From positions 434,159-498,158 of the forward strand of contig JAVZCO010000001.1 in NCBI GenBank assembly GCA_038874355.1: a stretch of 64,000 bases of DNA. Direction: 5' to 3'. This DNA is from Candidatus Pacearchaeota archaeon (lineage in GTDB: Archaea; Nanobdellota; Nanobdellia; Pacearchaeales; GW2011-AR1). Below the pieces are notes generated by a model. That model was not told the origin of the DNA. It did no database searches and saw only the letters and a program-made list of their open reading frames with translations. Positions 60,315 through 64,000 of this stretch are shown here, piece by piece (position 1 is the first letter of the stretch; each line of letters begins with the position of its first letter). Position numbers and translations under genes: made by a program.

Positions 60315-60881
60315 ATGATAAAAAACAAAAAGATAAATAAAAATTTTATAAAACATTTTTATGACGCAGAAAAAACTGCTAATTACCTATTAGGAAAGAA
60401 TTTATGTAGAAAGATAAATGGAAAGATATTAAAAGCAAAAATAGTAGAAACAGAAGCTTATTTTGATGAAAAAGATCCTGCTTCAAGAGCCTGTAAAAAT
60501 GGAGATTTAAAAGAAACAATGAAAATGAAAGCTGGAACAATTTTAGTTTATGGTGTCCACAATAATTGGCTTATTAATATTGTAACAGGAAAAAAAGGAA
60601 AAGCGCAAGCTGTTTTAATTAGGGCAGTAGAACCATTGAATTTCAAAGCAAAAACAAACGGTCCAGGTTTATTAACAAAATCGCTTTTTATAGATAAAAA
60701 ATTTCATAAAAAAAATATTTTCGATTGTAAAGAACTTTATTTAGAAATAGAAAAGAAAGATAAAAGAAAAAAAGAATTTAAAGTAGAAAAAGATTTTAGA
60801 ATTGGGGTAAAGAAAGATTTATATAAAAAGTTAAGATTTTATATTAAAGGAAATGATTATATAAGTAAAAAAGATGATTAA
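60315..60881 (+). CDS. mpg: 3-methyladenine DNA glycosylase (Mpg/AAG family)
   Basis: GKILKAKIVETEAYFDEKDPASRA...AGTILVYGVHNNWLINIV matches Mpg conserved blocks. Confidence 0.75.
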   Translation: MIKNKKINKNFIKHFYDAEKTANYLLGKNLCRKINGKILKAKIVETEAYFDEKDPASRACKNGDLKETMKMKAGTILVYGVHNNWLINIVTGKKGKAQAVLIRAVEPLNFKAKTNGPGLLTKSLFIDKKFHKKNIFDCKELYLEIEKKDKRKKEFKVEKDFRIGVKKDLYKKLRFYIKGNDYISKKDD

Positions 60882-61770
60882 AAAAAATAAAAAAATTAAA
60901 GCACTTGTTCTTTATTCGGGTGGTGTAGATTCAAGATTAGTCTGTAAAATTTTACAAGAACAACTAAAAATAGAGGCAATAACTTTTTTATTGCCTTTCA
61001 TAAAAAAAGAAAAATTAGAAAAATCTCTTTATTTTTTGAATAAAGAAAAAATAAAATATGAATTAATAGATGTTACAAAGGGAAAATTATTCAAAGAATA
61101 TATAAATATAATAAAAAAACCTAAGTTTGGAAGAGGAACTGCATTAAATCCTTGTATAGATTGCCATATTTTTTTATTAAAAAAAGCAAAAGAATATTCC
61201 AATAAGAAAAAAATAAAAATAATAGCTACAGGAGATGTATTAAATGAAAGACCATTTTCACAAACAAAAAAATCTCTTTTATTAATAGATAAAGAAATTG
61301 GTTTTGATGTTTTAAGGCCGTTATCAGCAAAACTTTTACCAGAAACTATTTATGAAAAAGAAAAATTAGTAGATAGAGAAAAATTTTTTTCTATACAGAG
61401 TAGGAGTAGAAAAAAACAAATTGAATTAGCAAAAAAATATAATATAGAATTTATTAATCCTGCTGGAGGATGTTTATTATGCGAAAAAGAGTATTGTAAA
61501 AAATTATTTCCTTTATTAAAAAAGAATAATATAACTTTTCATGATATAGAATTATTATCTATTGGAAGGCATTTTTTTTCCAATAAGATAATATTAGGGA
61601 GAAATAAAGAAGAAAATATGATTTTAGAAAAAGAAAAAGGAATCAAAATAATTCCTATAGGAAAAGGTCCAAGCGCTCTTGTTAAAAATAAAAAGTATAT
61701 AAAAAAGGCAAAAGAATTAATAAGAAGATATTCTAAGAATAAAATAGAAAAATTTATTATAAAATATTAA
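60874..61770 (+). CDS. PP-loop ATPase of the ThiI/MnmA-like tRNA thiolation family
   Basis: KALVLYSGGVDSRL PP-loop (SGGxDS) near the N-terminus; downstream Cys pair NPCIDCH; 298 aa. Confidence 0.55.
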   Translation: MIKKNKKIKALVLYSGGVDSRLVCKILQEQLKIEAITFLLPFIKKEKLEKSLYFLNKEKIKYELIDVTKGKLFKEYINIIKKPKFGRGTALNPCIDCHIFLLKKAKEYSNKKKIKIIATGDVLNERPFSQTKKSLLLIDKEIGFDVLRPLSAKLLPETIYEKEKLVDREKFFSIQSRSRKKQIELAKKYNIEFINPAGGCLLCEKEYCKKLFPLLKKNNITFHDIELLSIGRHFFSNKIILGRNKEENMILEKEKGIKIIPIGKGPSALVKNKKYIKKAKELIRRYSKNKIEKFIIKY

Positions 61771-61778
61771 AATATTTT

Positions 61779-62147
61779 TTATTTCTTATTTTTTTCGGTA
61801 GCCCACTTAGTTAATAACATTACTGCAATAACTCCTAAAATAGTTATTATAATTGCAGCAATATATTCATAATAATAGGCTTCTTTATTCAAATTTAATC
61901 TTTTTACAATATTATTAACAGATTTTTCAATTGGAGTTCTCCATGTTAATGCTATGAGGAAAGCAAATGCTCCACTAATCGCAGTTACTATTTGTTTTTT
62001 AAATTCTCTTTTGAATTCGCTCGCAGACTCTTTTGCTTTTTGTTTAATTTTTTCAGTTAATTTTTTTTGAATTTCTTTTTGAATTTCTTTCTTTATTTCT
62101 TCTTTCTGTTGTAAAGTTAATTTATTACTTTCTTTTTCACTTTCCAT
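61779..62147 (-). CDS. small membrane protein with Lys/Glu-rich N-terminal region
   Basis: 122 aa, two TM helices in the C-terminal half. Confidence 0.3.
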   Translation of the reverse strand: MESEKESNKLTLQQKEEIKKEIQKEIQKKLTEKIKQKAKESASEFKREFKKQIVTAISGAFAFLIALTWRTPIEKSVNNIVKRLNLNKEAYYYEYIAAIIITILGVIAVMLLTKWATEKNKK

Positions 62148-62199
62148 TTTTAAAAAATAAAAAGATTATTTATAAATTTATTTATGTATTATAATCTTA

Positions 62200-63333
62200 T
62201 TATAATATTATTTTATTATCTTCAATTTTTCCTTCTTTTATTAGTTTATTATTAATATAAATTTTATAATATTTAACCTCTTTGTTTTTTATTTCTATCG
62301 TAAGTCCATTTATATTTTCTTCATATGAAGTTTCTATCATTATTTTTAATATGTCTTTATCTATAAAAGTTTCTGCATACAATTCTTCTCTCATAATCCA
62401 CCATTTTGCAACTTCTTTTAAAGTTGTTCTCCAAACATTCTTATCTTTCTGATAATCCAAAAATTTTTTTAATATTTTAAGATTTTTTTCATGTGGTAAT
62501 TTTTCTATATGACTTAAAAGAACAAAAACTCCTTCATTATCATAATAGATATCAAATCTTTTCTTTAATATATTATATCTATTTCTTTCAAATATAGGAA
62601 TTCTCGATTCCCAAAAAAAATCTCCATTTGTTATAATTTCTATAAGAGATAATTCACTAATATGAAAAGGATAAAATAAAGATTCCGCTATTCTTTTATT
62701 ATTCATTAATATCCAAGGAGAAACTCTAATACTTGAATCATAAAGAAATTTTTCTTCGTCTAAAATTTTAAATGTTTTTTTATCTATACCAAATGCCGGA
62801 GCCCTAAAACCTTTAATTTCCAATTCAGATTTTTCTAATATTTCTTTTCCTAAGAGAATCCTTCTCTTTTGTTCAGAGTAAGGAAGATTAGATAATTCTT
62901 TATAATTATTTTTTATAAGTATAGATTTTCTTCTTGAAAAATGAGTTAAACCATGCTGTGCTATTTCATTTCCTAACCCTTCTTGCTTTTTTAGATAAAC
63001 TCCTAAGTCGTTATCTTTTGTTATTTTATATATATTTTTATAATAAGGAATGACAAATAATGTTGTTTTAATATTGTAATCGTTAAGTAAATCCATAACT
63101 TTTTTTAATTCATCTAAATTTGTTAAAGCATCAATATCATCTATTGTAAATACTAAAACTCCTTTATAATCATTCGGCCATAATCCTATATTAATATTTT
63201 CATCAGAATTAAATAAAATTGCTGGTCCGAATAAAATATTTCTGTAATAAAAGAAAAATAAATAAAATAAAAAAGCGATAATAATAAGAATAATAATTTT
63301 TATAATTTTTCTTTGTTTAAGTAATTTTTCCAT
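62200..63333 (-). CDS. membrane-anchored polysaccharide deacetylase-like protein (NodB/CE4-like)
   Basis: N-terminal TM helix; GVLVFTIDDIDA and AQHGLTH motifs. Confidence 0.5.
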   Translation of the reverse strand: MEKLLKQRKIIKIIILIIIAFLFYLFFFYYRNILFGPAILFNSDENINIGLWPNDYKGVLVFTIDDIDALTNLDELKKVMDLLNDYNIKTTLFVIPYYKNIYKITKDNDLGVYLKKQEGLGNEIAQHGLTHFSRRKSILIKNNYKELSNLPYSEQKRRILLGKEILEKSELEIKGFRAPAFGIDKKTFKILDEEKFLYDSSIRVSPWILMNNKRIAESLFYPFHISELSLIEIITNGDFFWESRIPIFERNRYNILKKRFDIYYDNEGVFVLLSHIEKLPHEKNLKILKKFLDYQKDKNVWRTTLKEVAKWWIMREELYAETFIDKDILKIMIETSYEENINGLTIEIKNKEVKYYKIYINNKLIKEGKIEDNKIIL

Positions 63334-63416
63334 AAGAAAAAAATTGAAGAGAATTTAAAAATCTTTTCTTTTATAATTTTATTACTTTATTCAAATATCT
63401 TTTTAATTTTGTTCAA

Positions 63417-63497
63417 CGCCCGCACCCGGAGTCGAACCGGGAAGCCCAAGAGGGCCAGGTGCTCCAGACCTGTGCACTACCGTTATGCGATGCGGGC
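63417..63497 (-). tRNA. tRNA-Ser(GGA), type II with long variable arm, no encoded CCA
   Basis: Reverse complement gives acceptor gcccgca/tgcgggc, anticodon stem caggt/acctg with loop ctGGAgc, variable hairpin gccc-tctt-gggc, T arm cccgg-ttcgact-ccggg, discriminator G. Confidence 0.8.
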
Positions 63498-63516
63498 ATA
63501 AGATAAAAAATAAATT

Positions 63517-63822
63517 TTATTTCATTTCTATTTTTATACTTACACTTCTAGGAAAAGAAGTTCTCATTATAGAATGTAAAACTCTTTCATCAGAAGGCAA
63601 TTCTATTAATCTTTTAAATATTCTCATCTCAAATCTATCAAAAGTAGCAGTTCCATTTCCACATGGACTTTTTCTTGTTGTTATTTTTAATTTTCTTGTA
63701 GGCAAAGGTATTGGCCCAGAAATAGGAGTCCCCATTTTATTAGCAATATTTTTTATATTATTACAAATATCATTAAGAGCATCAATATCATAACTACTTA
63801 ATTTTATTCTTACTTTTGCCAT
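63517..63822 (-). CDS. rps10: 30S ribosomal protein S10 (uS10)
   Basis: MAKVRIKLSSYD...LD.....I...A...G....GPIPLPT....ITT.KSP.G.G...FDRFEMRIFKRLIEL is a classic uS10. Confidence 0.9.
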   Translation of the reverse strand: MAKVRIKLSSYDIDALNDICNNIKNIANKMGTPISGPIPLPTRKLKITTRKSPCGNGTATFDRFEMRIFKRLIELPSDERVLHSIMRTSFPRSVSIKIEMK

Positions 63823-63871
63823 AATTCTTTATGTTAAAGTTAATTTAAAAATCTTACTTTTAATAAAAAAT

Positions 63872-64000
63872 TTATTTTGCTACTTTTTTTACTGCTTGGG
63901 CAACAATTTTTACAACATCTCTATCTTTTATAGAAGGTAAAATTTTATTTATCTCTGGTTTAATCATATTTGCTAAAGCTTCTGCTGCTGCTATTTTCAT
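63872..64000 (-). CDS. C-terminal fragment of a protein running off the window end (or a 42-aa ORF); possibly a malic-enzyme-like C-terminus
   Basis: The reverse complement reads MKIAAAEALANMIKPEINKILPSIKDRDVVKIVAQAVKKVAK*. The window ends exactly at an ATG, so the true start is undetermined. Confidence 0.25.
   Translation of the reverse strand: MKIAAAEALANMIKPEINKILPSIKDRDVVKIVAQAVKKVAK

Overview
Very AT-rich (about 25% GC by eye), gene-dense archaeal chromosome segment; genome type and gene content suggest a small-genome, DPANN-like archaeon. Archaeal identity is supported by rpoH-rpoB-rpoA, archaeal NusA, S12/S7, EF-2, EF-1alpha, a proteasome beta subunit, aCPSF1, a Toprim DnaG, a class-I CCA-adding enzyme and an intron-containing tRNA. 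Housekeeping content includes the rpo/str ribosomal operon (rearranged), NrdR-NrdD-NrdG anaerobic RNR, Fe-S assembly, GroES/GroEL/Hsp20, proteasome, FttA/aCPSF1, a presenilin homolog, an SMC/Rad50-family ATPase, many secreted N-glycosylation-rich surface proteins, and cell-wall-active enzymes (SLT-like lytic transglycosylase, NodB deacetylases, a secreted metzincin). The most unusual feature is a roughly 6.7 kb segment (about 15026-21690), visibly more GC-rich, that begins exactly at the 3' end of tRNA-Lys(UUU). It contains two perfect 216-bp GC-rich direct repeats and encodes an unusual set of aminoacyl-tRNA-synthetase-derived and peptidase proteins: a standalone AlaRS catalytic-core paralog; an HExxH zinc hydrolase fused to a class-II aaRS anticodon-binding domain; an MccF-like S66 LD-carboxypeptidase with a -1 frameshift; an S51 peptidase; a radical SAM enzyme; and an aldo-keto reductase. 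A frameshifted nitroreductase remnant sits beside the tRNA. This looks like a horizontally acquired, so far undescribed aminoacyl-nucleotide- or tRNA-centred modification/toxin-immunity-like system. Other notable observations are a tRNA-Ile with a UAU anticodon and a 49-nt intron, fused rpoA and rpoB, absent L30e, two paralogous small ORFs inserted between S12 and S7, an insertion between EF-2 and EF-1alpha, and S10+tRNA-Ser relocated about 28 kb away on the opposite strand.
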